This document shows, piece by piece, positions 17,442 to 32,200 of a stretch of 64,000 nt of DNA. This DNA is from the human T2T-CHM13v2.0 reference genome, Homo sapiens: NCBI RefSeq assembly GCF_009914755.1, contig NC_060927.1. One strand, given 5' to 3'. A program made the translations under genes and the position numbers. How positions within the stretch are numbered: position 1 is the first letter of the stretch; each line of letters opens with the position of its first letter. The notes under the pieces were generated by a model. It was not told the DNA's origin. It saw only the letters and a list, made by a program, of their open reading frames with translations, and ran no database searches.

Positions 17442-18377
17442 TACTTAGACCTTTTAAAACTGTGCCTGTTCTCTTGCTCTTTGGCTTCTCTACTAGAAGG
17501 GCGGTTGTGGCTGTTCTGTATATATCAGTGATGAAATAGTTTTCTTTTTTGATGACGTAGATGGAATCCATGTATTCTTGCATCATTAGGTATTAAGTTG
17601 GGCATGTTACATTTGTAATTTTATTTAATTCTTAGGACAACGATGTGAGATGTAGTATCCATTACTCTTTCCAAAATTGTTGCCTTCCCAGCACAAGAGT
17701 GGCAGAGAAAACACTTAAATTACAGTCAGAAGTGGCCCTGTCACATAACAGTTCAGAGGAACCTCAGTTGTTTCTTTGTCCAATGGGAAAGATCATTGGT
17801 TACCCCTCACAACAGCTATGAGGATCAAAAGTAATAATATATGTAAACTGTAAAAGCATGACAAAAATGTAGGGCAGTGATGTAATTTTCAAAGGAATGA
17901 TTTATGATATATTCAAGATTATAATATTGCTGTAGAAGTCATTGAAAATTAAATATGAGGTTGTCATTTAGTGTTTGAAGCCAGTGTTAGATATTTGGTT
18001 TCCCTTTGTCTTCATTGCAGACAGTAAGTGCAAATAAAAATTGCCGTTGAGATCAAAGAGAGTTTTATTTAGAATAAGATAATTCTCCCCCATCTCTGGA
18101 ACTCAGTATTTGAAAGCAGATTTAATGTAAGAAAAGATTAATCAAGGTGGGATAATGCAAGAATTTCAGACAAAAAAGGAAATAGTCCATTATAAAATTA
18201 TCTTGCACAGTGCTCTTACCTCTGTTGTAGCTTATTATATAGTTGTTGATTATAGATGATTATAGGAATCAGGTTGTAGTAATAAGAAAGTCTCCTTTTC
18301 TATAACAAGTTTAAAGCAGGTGTAGTGTATTTCCAAGAGATATATCTCATATATCTCATTTTTTGTTCTGTAAACAG

Positions 18378-18471
18378 GAAGCACAGTCCTATGCAGATGA
18401 CAATAGTTTATTATTCATGGAGACATCCGCTAAAACATCAATGAATGTAAATGAAATATTCATGGCAATAG
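18378..18471 (+). CDS. RAB5A: RAB5A exon 5, 94 nt: [31 protein letters not shown](A)
   Basis: Acceptor ttctgtaaacAG|GAA and donor TAG|GTaaga. Encodes the G5 motif ETSAK. Confidence 0.98.
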
Positions 18472-19051
18472 GTAAGATTAATATCTCTTTTTAAATGATC
18501 AATATAAGCAAAACAAGTGTGAAGCATATTTGGTTTGACTGTCTCTTTTTTAAAAAATTTTTGGGGGTGGGTTTGTGTGTATGTTTATGTGTGTGTGTGA
18601 GAGAGAGAGAGAGATTATACCACTTTTCTAAGTCCCTTCCACAAAACAATATTTTGTTGGTAATATTGTTAAATTTGAAAGATGATTACCTATTAGGTTG
18701 TAATACTGTCAGTTTAGGCAGCTTCTTCCAGGTGAGTTAAGCCTTAACCTCTTAACCTGATAGTTCAGACAGACAGATTTTGCAAAGGTTTCGCTGGGAA
18801 ATTTGGATAAATATTTTTTTTATTAGATTATACTTTTTAAAAATCAAATTATTGGTAAATATAACTCAGAAGAACATGACACATAAGTATACAGATTGAC
18901 AAATTATTTTAATGTAAACATTATAAGGAAGATGATTTCAAAGCATAGAGGCGTAAGGAGAAAAAAGGAAAACAAAACAACATCCATACTTTATATTACC
19001 TCAGATGGTCATTTGATCTTACACAATGTTCTTGCTGTTGCTTTAAGGTAC

Positions 19052-19652
<601 letters not shown>

Positions 19653-21255
19653 CTAAGGTACTTTTAACTGATGGTAATTGCTGTTTCAGTTATAAGTAAT
19701 GAAGTTGGAGTAGTAATAAGCCTCCTTTTTTCTATAACAAAAATAAAGGTTGGTTTTGTTTTTTGGTTTTGGATTTTTTTTTTAACCCTTTCCTCTTTCC
19801 AGTGGTTTTAATGTATAGATTCTACCTGAAGGGTCTGTTTTGGTGGTTCTCAAAGTTTGCCGTCTGTGGTTTTCATGTGCCCAGCACTCTTCTCATCCCA
19901 TAACACCTTTTATTTTACAGCACTGATTCTTAACTGGGGTGTTCACAGTCCTAACCCCAAGTAAGAAATATTCTTAAATTGAACTCATAAATAGTTAATA
20001 GCTGAATCAGAGAATAATGAAAACCCAGTAAAAGTTGCAAGTATTTTTATTATTTTTCACTAGGTGACAGAGTTTAATGGTACTTCATTCGAAATGGGAA
20101 AGAACTTGCCTTTTCTCATGTAAACTGTTTTCCTGAAAAACTCAAGTTTGCAGTTTGCTAGGGAAGTGCTGGCACAGTTGCGAAGGATTGTGTGATAATA
20201 TACTCATTTTACAAATGTGACAGATGACACCCAGAATCACATCTGAAAAGTTAGAGGAAACAATGAGTTAATAGGCCTCTCAAATCAGCCTGCACTGTAA
20301 ACCTTTCTCACAATATTTAAACTCTACCAGATGGGCTTTAGTTTGTACCTTTTTATTCAAACATGCTAATAAAGTCATTTTTCGAGTTAGAAAGCAGCCT
20401 ACATATTTTAGTTTTTTGTTTTTTTCTGAAATTAGAATGTTGCACTTCTTAAAAGAAAATCTATGTTGTAAATGGAATTGTGGCCTTTCCATTTCCTTCA
20501 CTAGGTTAGTAAATTTTTTTTTTCTTTTTTTTTTTGTTATGAAGGAACACTTTGATAGATTAGTAACTTAAATCACACAGTGCACTCATAACAACTCTAA
20601 TCAATGCAAGGACTAAAAAGTTACTCGTTCTAGTTTACCTCCTTCATCCTCTTAATCTCACTCACCTCTGATTTAAACACTTAGGGAACATGCTAAAGGG
20701 ATACATGATTGATTACTCAATCTGGAACCTAAGTTGTTATTATATACAATATATAGTGCTATTTTGTGTCCCAGGTACCAGTGTTCAACATTTCTGGGGC
20801 TTTGCTTGTAAATACATTTGACTGGAGATTTACCATTATAATGCTATTTATGCTACCAGCCCAGAGCCAGTCCCAGAGAAGTGGCCCAATTGAAGGCTTT
20901 CTTTCCAAACTTCAGTGCTCCTGGCTCCCAAATCCATTGCCCAACCCAGCATCTAGGATTCTAAAAATGATTGATGCTGATGTAGAATGGAATGTGTAGA
21001 ACAAATAAAGGATAAAAGGTTCACAATGCAACTAGGCAATCCGATCTCAAAGCAGAGTGTATTCAATTTCTCAGTAACCTGAGTCAAAGCTATGGTAAAG
21101 TTAGAGTCTTACCATAGTGGTCTGTCCCCAAGATTGATAGAGATCAGTGTGTGCAGCCACTCTTAAAATCAGTACTCTTAGTCATCTTTAATATTCTGCC
21201 TCCCCTCAAAAAATGAATTTAGCACATCAAGGATCTTATGTATTAAAACAAACTA

Positions 21256-21768
<513 letters not shown>

Positions 21769-22146
21769 TATATCCAGCAGGTAAGTTTTTTTAATCAGTG
21801 GGAAGCACACTCCAGAGAACAGCCACTAGCTGTATAGAGCTTGGCAGAGGTAAAGCCGTAACTGCTGGTTGAGAGTGTTGTCTGAATTTGACAAGCCACA
21901 CTCATCGGACTCAAATAAAATTAAGAAATAGTTTTTGGAGATGAGGTCTTCAGGATAATTCTATCTGGATTAGGTACAGCTACTGGTCAGTCAGATTAGG
22001 ATTCATCAGCCCATAAAAGGAGAAAATGAGGTTGGTTGAGGTGGCTCACTCCTATAATCCCAATACTTTGAGAGGCCACGGTGGGATGATCTTCAAGGCC
22101 AGGAGTTCTAGACCAGCCTGGGCAACAGAGCAAGACCCTATCTCTA

Positions 22147-22284
<138 letters not shown>

Positions 22285-23107
22285 CTACAGAGGGAGACCT
22301 TGTCTCCAAAATGAAAAGAAGTATGGCTGCAGGCTACATTCAAACTAAGATCACAACGAAGTGTTGAGTATGTCTAAATGTATGTGGATATGTTTGTGTC
22401 TAAGTGTATTTCCACTAGCATGCTAAGGTATGTTTGTGTGTGAGTATGTTTCCTCCAGTATGCTAAGTTTTGACACATGCAGGCATCTAACTTGGGTGTT
22501 ATCTGTCCTTCCTTTGCCCAAAGCATAGATTATAATTGTTCATTCTCAAAAATGCAACTCTTATCTATTTCCCCTTTATTTGAAGGCAGCTGATGGTTAC
22601 TCTGCAAGGTGTAAGTTTCTCTTTTAAAAACTAAGCGGTCGAGCATGGTGGCTCATGCTTGCAGTCCCAGCACGTGGGAGTCTGAGGCGGAAGAGTTGCT
22701 TGAGCCCAAGAGTTCAAGACCAGCCTAGGCAACAAAGTGAGACCCCATCTCACTTTGGAACTCAGGACTGCAGTAAGCCATGATCATACCACTGCACTTA
22801 ATCCTGGGTGACAGAGTGAGACCTTGTCTCTTAAAAAAAAAAAAAAAGAGAGCATGTATATAGATGTTTTAAGGCCAAAGGCTGTGGAAGCCAGGAAGGA
22901 AATAGTAGATATGATCTATCACAATTCGGGGTGATAATTAGTTGCACAGTAGAGGACAAGTTTTGTTGGGGTGATGATTGCAAAGGTATTTGTATCCTGA
23001 CTTGTTCTAAAAAATGTTTGTGGCAGTCTAGAGAACGCTGATATGAGCTGAGCTTCTTTATAAACTTACTGGCTGGCCATCATCTTTATTGACTTAGATT
23101 TTATTTA

Positions 23108-23412
<305 letters not shown>

Positions 23413-23778
23413 TCAAAAAAAAAAAAAAAAAAAAGAAGTAATAATGAGTATAAAATAAAATAGAACTTTTCTGGTATTATTGAGTGAATCGGTATAGAGA
23501 ATTACATAAAGCACTAGTTAGGCTTAAGTTTTAATTGTATCTACAACCAGTCCCCATCTACCGTTCCCCCAACACAATTACCCCAGAAATCAAACTCCCT
23601 AAGACAGCAACCAATATTTTGGCATTCAATACTCAGTAAACATTTGAAAAGAATGAACATATGGTTATATGATACTTTGGGGGTAACCTAACTGGAAAGA
23701 AAAATTATAGATAAGCAGGTGAAACTGATATTAATATGAGTATTCAAATATTCTATTTATTTGATCATTTTCTTTCAG

Positions 23779-23894
23779 CTAAAAAATTGCCAAAGAATGA
23801 ACCACAAAATCCAGGAGCAAATTCTGCCAGAGGAAGAGGAGTAGACCTTACCGAACCCACACAACCAACCAGGAATCAGTGTTGTAGTAACTAA
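23779..23894 (+). CDS. RAB5A: RAB5A last exon, coding part: (A)[37 protein letters not shown]
   Basis: Acceptor ttttctttcAG|CT. The hypervariable tail ending in the CCSN geranylgeranylation motif matches RAB5A rather than 5B (CCSN with a different tail) or 5C. TAA at 23892-23894. Confidence 0.98.
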
Positions 23895-25247
23895 ACCTCT
23901 AGTTTGAACTAGCTGGAATAGTCTTCTGCTTCCTAAATGTTAATAACAATGGAATTGGAGCATTTAACCAGCCCAGTATGACTTCCAAAAGAAGAGACTT
24001 ATGATAGAGTCAAGTTTCTAATACAGAATTATTTTAAGTGTTTTGAACTTAATTTTTAATAACATGCATGGGTCCCTCTCACTAATGTTTCAACAATAGG
24101 GAAAAATGAGAACTATGTGGACACTTGTTTCATTGGAAGGTTAGGGGGAATAATTTCTCATCACTAGGAATATAGACAAATGACTGTCTGGGCCCACACA
24201 GTTAACCAGCCCATTTCTCCACACTGGTACAGTAGTCACCTGTGAAAAAAAAAATTGGAACTTACTAATTTGGGCTTTTCAAAAACATTCTTTGTTTAGA
24301 AGGAGATTCTAAAGTTATTTATGATGCTTAGCCATAGTATTCAGGCAAATGTTCATTTCTCCTGGTACCTGTATTTAAAATGTACATTCCACATTTTAAT
24401 AAATTAACCACAAGAAAATAATCCCACATATACAAGGTCAGGGGTGGGGAAGAGTATTAATGGTATCTTAATTATACCCAGTCTGGTTTTTTTTTTTTAA
24501 ATGGAGTAAAAATCAAATGCAACCCCATCTTGTTTTAGGAATTTTGAGAACTAATAAATGCACCTTAATGGTCAGTGTTCCTTTCAAACATGTGAGTTCT
24601 TTAACAAAAATGAAATAAACCAGGTGTCTGTGATTTCTAATTAATCACCGCTGGCCATTACACAGGTTTTGTTGTTTGGGGTGGGGAGGGGGCTTTTGTT
24701 CCCTTTTGACATAATATAGTCAATGCACTAACAATTATGTATATTCAAACTTGATTATTTTAAATTCGATCTTCAGCTGTACTGTAAATAGGGTACTGCA
24801 TTGTAGTCTCCATATCTGTATTACTTTTCTGTAATATTTAAGAGTTGCTTAAAAGCATACAAAATGTACTGTTACTAAAACAGCTAATTATTTCTCTCTC
24901 CCCCTTTGACAGGAAGGGGCTTCAGTTGTTCCTCCATGGCTAGAACCATAATAAACAATGTACCCGTAATTTGTAACATAAAGTATTGCAATATGTTAGT
25001 AACAATCTTGCAGCCTTCCTTTCCAAAGTTCATTTTATTTTGATCAGTTCAGTATATTGCACTAATTATTTTAGGTATTTTCATTATATGAAAGCTACCA
25101 TGTGTCAGAGATGATTTAATCTATTTAAGTGTTGGACTGCTAGGAGAACTTGTACATTTATGATAATGCAGAATTAGGAAAACGGTTCACCAGTGTTTAG
25201 TTTTATATTGAGGTGCTCAGGTTGGAATAAAGTGGTATAAAAAGCAA
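23895..25247 (+). other. RAB5A: RAB5A 3' UTR
   Basis: Repeat-free AU-rich sequence after the stop codon. AATAAA at 24398, 24553, 24614, 24950 and 25226. End position is approximate. Confidence 0.85.
25226..25231 (+). terminator. RAB5A: Distal RAB5A poly(A) signal AATAAA
   Basis: AATAAA followed ~15 nt later by a CA-type cleavage context and a U-rich downstream element (25256-25276). Confidence 0.8.
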
Positions 25248-25451
25248 GTATCGGCTTTTCTCTTTTCCTTTTTTTTGGCATAAAACAGTGAATATATATA
25301 AATGATACTATATGACCTAGTATCCGCTTTTATATTTTCTTTACTATGTTCATAAAATTATTTGCATGGTATTGATGAATCATCCTAATAGCTGGATCAT
25401 TGAAGAATCACTTTATATTTTGGTGCTCTGGATAATTGGAACTTTATTTTT

Positions 25452-26254
25452 TTATGTCAGAAGCTGATATTCACTTCCATTGAGAAATATTACCATAACT
25501 GTAATGTTGTCTCTGGAGCCAGCCAGTAAAGCAGCATTTACAAGTTCATGGCTAACATACTCAGCTGCGCCTTCATAGAAACTCTTAGTGTCTGATTCTT
25601 TTTCATTTGTTGCCACATCATTTACACTAGTTGGTCTGTCAGTTACTTTTTCACTGCAAGGTTTACGATGAGTCGTTTCTGCTGGAAATGTTTCTACATT
25701 CTCAGGGTTATAAATACAGTATTTAGAATAGTTTGAATCGGATAAATTTTCTTTGGAATTTGTAGTTGACACACGTACTTCAGATACAGATTTATACTGA
25801 AACAATACGTGGATATTACTCTGTGATTTAGTAAGGTTTGGTTCACTGGTTGAAAAAAGCAGAGGCCCTTTGGATGGTGATTTGTTAGGTATGATAGGAC
25901 AGTATGTTTCTTTATACATGTGAAATGTTGTCATTGCCAGGGCAGTAACTTCCTCTTTATCCAAAACTTCCCAAAGTCCATTAGTAGCTACAATAAGGAA
26001 TTGACATAGGTCATCTATAGGGACAGAAATAGTTTGAGGTGCTGGGATAATGGATTTTTTCAGCTTGAGATTTCCATGAAATCCAAGTCCTCGTGTAGTT
26101 TTTACTTGCCCCTCTACAAGCCCGTATGGTTCATTTGAACTAATGACTGCTCCATTCTGAAGTATTCTTCTTCTTTCATTTGTGTTTCGTGTAGTATGTT
26201 CTTTGGTTAGGCAAAAACCTTTCCCATTTCTGCATAAGACTGCTTGCACATTAC
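25452..26254 (-). CDS. PP2D1: PP2D1 exon 3, coding part, 803 nt: C-terminal half of the PP2C-like domain
   Basis: Acceptor atcttttAG|GT AAT GTG, giving ANT-G-N-V across the junction. Motifs LTKEH, TRGLG, FLIVATNGLWE and GSRDNITVMVI; ends at TAA. Confidence 0.93.
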
Positions 26255-26945
26255 CTAAAAGATTATTTTTTAAAAGAAGAAATTTTTATCCTAGAGATAA
26301 CCAATTGTATCAAAATCTACTGCTAACTTTAGTAAATTCTGTGTTTCAGTGCTAAACAGAAAGCAGGCTATGTAAAAGTACGTTTAAATATGTGTAATAT
26401 ATCACTACTGAATGATTTACAGTAAATACAGATTTCAAACAGGTCAATTTATCCCTCATTGTTAAGCAGCTTTTAGTGTTTAAAACTATTACATTTAGTA
26501 TTAACATTACAGATAATGCAAAGTAACTTCTAAATTTTGAAATGAAATGACTTAATATTACTCACATTGCAGAGTCATGAGTTGAACTTTTTTATAGCCA
26601 ACATATATTCCATCTAGCAGATTTTTAAATGTTTTTAAGATAAATGCTTTTTCAATTTAAAACACAAACTTTGATTTTTTAAAAAGAATGACAGTTGTGT
26701 AACCAGTACAAGTTAAAACTTGAATATACTTAGGTCATGGGTGATGAAAAAATTAGAATGTCACTATTAATGTTAGTCTTAACTAGGTTGCTATAATGTG
26801 TAGATTCTAAAATTTAAGTCAATCCGCCAGGTGTGGTGGCTCAAGCCTTTAATCCCAGCACTTTGGGAGGCCGAGGTGGGCGGATCACCTGAGGTCAGGC
26901 GTTCGAGACCAGCCTGACCAACATGGAGAAACCCCATCTCTACTA

Positions 26946-27107
<162 letters not shown>

Positions 27108-27845
27108 TCAAAAAAAAAAAAAAAATCATTCCTGTGGAGAAATATGTTATTAATGTATTACATGAATAATAGGCAGCCAACATTAAACCCTTTGGTTGGA
27201 AACTGAAATCTTAAAAGTTGATTGTAGTTTGTCCGTGGTTCAAATGAATCTGTGATGGTGTGCTTCATTGAAATCTTACAGTTTAAACATGATCTGAACA
27301 GATTGCAGGGTGGTTATATATTACTGTAACTTTTTTTGGTGTATTTTTTAAGAACCACTGAATTTTTTTAGTTTGTTAGGAAAAATTGATTTTCCCCAAG
27401 TTTTTAGGAATATAATTACGTATTTTTTAAATTACATATAATTACATATTGTTTTTCTTGATATTAAATCATTTATGATTTATAGAAAGTTATTAAACTT
27501 CTGAGATGGGGTTAATGATATTTGAATATTATAACATCTTTGAGATTTAAAATTCCTGGAATAGGAAGCCAAATTTACATAGAATATTCTGGTTTTAAAT
27601 ATGATATTGTACCTGGGATCATTTAGTTGCTTGCAGGAGGAGTTCAATTCTAGGCCCACAGTTTTTTACGTATTTAGGCTTAGAAGGTTGAGGTCCAAGG
27701 CCAGGTATGGTGGCTTACACCTGTAATCGCCACTCTTTGGGAGGCTGAGGCAGGCAAATCACTTGAAGCCAGAAGTTTGAGACCAGCTGGGGCAATATGG
27801 CAAAGCCCCATCTCTACTAAAAACACAAAAAAATTAGCCGGGCGT

Positions 27846-28909
27846 TGTTGCGGGAAGTCAGGGACCCTGAACAGAGGGACTGGCTGAAGCCATGGCAGAA
27901 GAACATAAATTGTGAAGATTTAATGGACATTTATTAGTTCCCCAAGTTAATACTTCTATAATTTCTTACGCATGTCTTTACTGCAATCTCTGAACATAAA
28001 TTGTGAAGATTTCATGGACATTTATCACTTCCCCAGTCAGTACTCATAATTTCTTATGTCTGTCTTTAATCTCTTAATCCTGTCATCTTCGTAAGCTGGG
28101 GTTGTATGTCGCTTCAGGACCCTGTGATGATTGCGTTAACTGCACAAATTGTTCATAAACCATGTGTGTTTAAACAATATGAAATCTGGACACCTTGAAA
28201 AAAGAGCAGGATAACAGCGATGTTCAGGGAACAAGGGAGATAACCATCAGGTATCACTGCCTGAGAGCTAGGCGGAACAGAGCCATATTTCTCTTCTTAC
28301 AAAAGCAAATAGGAGAAATACCGCTCAATTCTTTTTCTCAGCAAGGAACAGCCCTGAGAAAGAGAATGCATTCCTAGGGGGAGGTCTCTGAAATGGCCTC
28401 TCTGGGAATGTCTCTTGTACGGTTGCACATAAGGGATGAAATAAGCCCCAGTCTCCTGTAGCACCCCCAGGCCTTTTAGGATGAGGAAATTCCCGCCTAG
28501 TAAATTTTAGACCTGTTGTCTGCTCTCAAACCCTGTCTCCTGATAAGATGTTATCAATGACAATGCATGCCCAAAACTTCATTAGCAATTTTAATTTCAC
28601 CCAGGTCCTGTGATCTCGTTCTGCCCCCATTTGCCTTGTGATATTTTATTGCCTTGTGAAGCATGTGATCTCTGTGACCCACACCTTATTCGTACACTCC
28701 CTCCCGTTTGAAAATCACTAATAAAAACTTGCTGGTTTTGTGGCTTGAGGGGGCATCACGGAACCTGCTGACGTGTGATGTCTCCCCCGGACACCCAGCT
28801 TTAAAATTTCTGTCTTTACTGTACTCTTTCCCTTTATTTCTGAGACCGACGGACACTTAGGGAAATAGGAAAGAACCTACATGAAATATTGGGGGTGGTT
28901 CCCCCGATA
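27846..28909 (+). mobile_element. MER11 (HERVK11/HML-8, ERVK) solo LTR, 1064 bp
   Basis: Starts TGTTGCGGGAAGTCAGGGACCC and ends GGTTCCCCCGATA. Internal repeat GAACATAAATTGTGAAGATTT; AATAAA near 28720; 6-bp TSD GGGCGT/GGGCAT. Confidence 0.9.
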
Positions 28910-29055
28910 GGGCATGGTGGCACATGCACACCTGTAATCCCAGTTACTTGGGAGGCTGAGGCACAAGAACTGCCTCTACACAGGAGGTGAAGGTTGCAGT
29001 AATACGAAGTCACGCCACTACACTCCAGCCTGGGTGACAAAGCAAGACTCTCTCA

Positions 29056-29253
<198 letters not shown>

Positions 29254-32200
29254 TTAGCCGGGCGTGATGGTGCACACCTGTAATCCCAGCTACTCAGGAG
29301 GCTGAGGCACAAGAATTGTTTGAACCCGGGAGGCAGAGGTTGCAGTGAGTCGAGATCGCATCACTGCACTTCAGCCTGCGCGACAGAGTGAGACTCAAAA
29401 AAAGCCTAAATTGGTAAAGCATTAGTGTCAGATATAGACAGAAACTGTTGTCTCATTTATATAATAGGAATTTTTAATAGCTGAGCTACTGGATTGGGAC
29501 TAAAAGATGGTGTTTGTGAAAAACATTTTGGAAACTACATACATAGTTCTAAAGGCTATATGGCCCCTCATTTCTTTATAGTTTGGTTATTAATATTGTG
29601 TGTTAACTTGTCTTACTGTTGATTATTCGACTTAGATTTTGCAGAACATAAGTCAGTAAAATCTTGACTTTTGCTGGATTATAAATTATTACTGAATCAG
29701 CAAGACAACATGAAGTGGCACTTAATGTGACAACTGAGTAAATGGAATTGTTAGTACATATGGTTCAGTACCTCTTAAATGAGAAAAATTTTTACGTGTG
29801 TGCATACATACGAATTGTACGGCCATAGCTCTGAAAACGAAAGGGACATAGTTTGGCTCACAATAGTCAAATCTATTGACTTTGTAAATGTTCATTTGCA
29901 TGTGGCAAGTCAAAGGCCATTTAGCAAAAAGAAAAAGCATTATTTTCCTAGTATGTGATTTGAAAAGAATTTAATAGAAATATGTACTTACAATGGAAGG
30001 ATGGTAAACAGGTTATTTTTATTTTAGTTACCTCTGCAGAGAGCTTGACAAGTGTAGCGTTATGCACTATTTGCCTTTTTTTTTTCCTGTGCTACAGAGT
30101 AGGACATACCATGTTGGCCCATTTTATTACTTGTGAACATCCTTTGGATTCAGCACAATAAAATATTCTAGGAGAAAGGACATTAAATCCTGGTTGCAGT
30201 TCTTCCTCTACCTGTTAAAAAGGGAGATAATGCGAGACAGGGTTTCACTCTGTCACCCAAGCTGGAGTGCAGTGGCATGATCACGGCTTACTGCAGCCTT
30301 GACCTCCCTGGGCTCAGGTGATCCTCCCACCTCAGCCTCCCGAGAGCTGGGACTAAAGGCATGTTCCACCACACCTGGCTAATTTCTGCATTTTTTTGTA
30401 GAGACAGGCTTTCGCTATGTTGCCCGGGCTGGTCTCAAACTCCTGGGCTCAATCGATCCTCCCAAAATGCTTGGTTTCCCAAAATGCTGGGATTACAAGT
30501 GCCAGTCACTGCACCCAGCAGCACATTGTTTACCTGTATGAATGGTGCATGAAGGAAAGAAAAAGTGAAGGAGAAGTAGCCAGCGTTTCTTAACTATTTG
30601 TGTATCTAACCCAGGAAGCAGAGGGTGAGATTCATCAGGAAGACTACTAATGGAACGAACTAAAAAACTAGATGTGCAGAGTCAATAGTTTCATTTTGTA
30701 ACAATGAGTGGCATATGCTGTCAGCTACAAACAGGGTGTTTGAAGTCAAGTGCTATATTAAACTGAAAGCTTGAACAGAATAATGAACAAAAGGTTTCCA
30801 TGAAGATGGGAAATTAGAGGAAGATTTTTTTTTTTTTTTTTGAGGAGTCTTGCTCTGTTGCCCAGGCTGGAGTGCAGTGGCGCGATCTCGGCTCACTGCA
30901 AGTAGAGGAAGATTATTAAATATCACTGTTATGTCCACATAGTCTGGAGAAGTGGAGAGGAACCAGCCTTCAATAGTTTAAGAGAAAGGACAATTTGACT
31001 TTTAAAAAAGTTTATTGGTAACACCTGTTTGGAGGAAATGCGAACAGCTAACCAAGCAATGAACTGTGTTGAAGACCACTACGCAATTTTAATCTAAGCA
31101 TAAATGAATTCCTAGACAAAGGTAACAGCTTTCAGTATTTGGAGAGATTGCGCTCTTCAGAAAATGTTATCAGAACAAAAATGGAACAGGATTACTGGAA
31201 GAGCAACGTGTTTAGGAACAATAATCTTGGGGATTAAAAAGAGCCGCTTGGAGATGATGCTCAAGCCTTTTTAAAGTGGCATAGTCAGGTACAGTGTTTC
31301 TTATGCAGAGGGTAATGATGTGGCTGCCTCCTGCAATTACTGGGTTATCACCAACTTTTGTGAAAAGGAAAAGTCCAGTAAACTTACAGAGTGAACTCTG
31401 GAATCCCAACCAGGGACTTCTAGAGCTGAGTAGGCAATATCAACATTTTTCTCAGATAAAGCCAGAAAGGTGACTTAGTGTTGATTAAAACAAGAGAGTT
31501 TAAAGAAAGAATGAGAGAAGAGGAAAAGAAACTTTATGTGGTGGTCAGGAAAAGACATACCTATATACGTGATGGGTGAAGCAGGAAAAATAAAAACACA
31601 CCTAGGATGCACAACGTTGCCAGGGGTAATAAGGACAGTTTGGTGTAGAAAAACAGTATGGGGAGTGGAAGGATTTAGGAGCCTGACAGTCAGACTTTAA
31701 CCCCAAACTTTTGTCTATGTGGCCTTCATTAGGTCACTTTATTTCACTAAGTAACAGGTTTTCACCTGCAGTGTTGTCAAAGTTATTGTGAGACTCAATA
31801 AGCTAATTTAAGAGGTAGACACTTGGAACACTTATTTAGTGTTCCAAGAAGAGAAAAGCAGGTAGAGAGGCTATTCAAAAGAAATTGAGGGGAAATGAAA
31901 AATGTTTCATTTCAGACCCATTTATAAAAGAATTATAAGAAAATGCGAAGTAGAATTACAGGCTTAAGATAGTAGGCAGTGGTAACTTGGAACTTAGGGA
32001 AAATTGAAATAGTTACTGGGGAAAGGAAAAATTACAATTGTAAAGGAGCATAGGTAAATTAGGATTGCATGTAAATAAGGTTAGGGGAAACAGTCTGTAT
32101 CCAGTTTTTCTTCAGTGCTGTAGTTTCAGCAAAAGAGGCTGAATTTGTTTAATTTTATGCATGGACAGGAGCTTTGTGACTTCCTAAGAATGGTTAGCAT

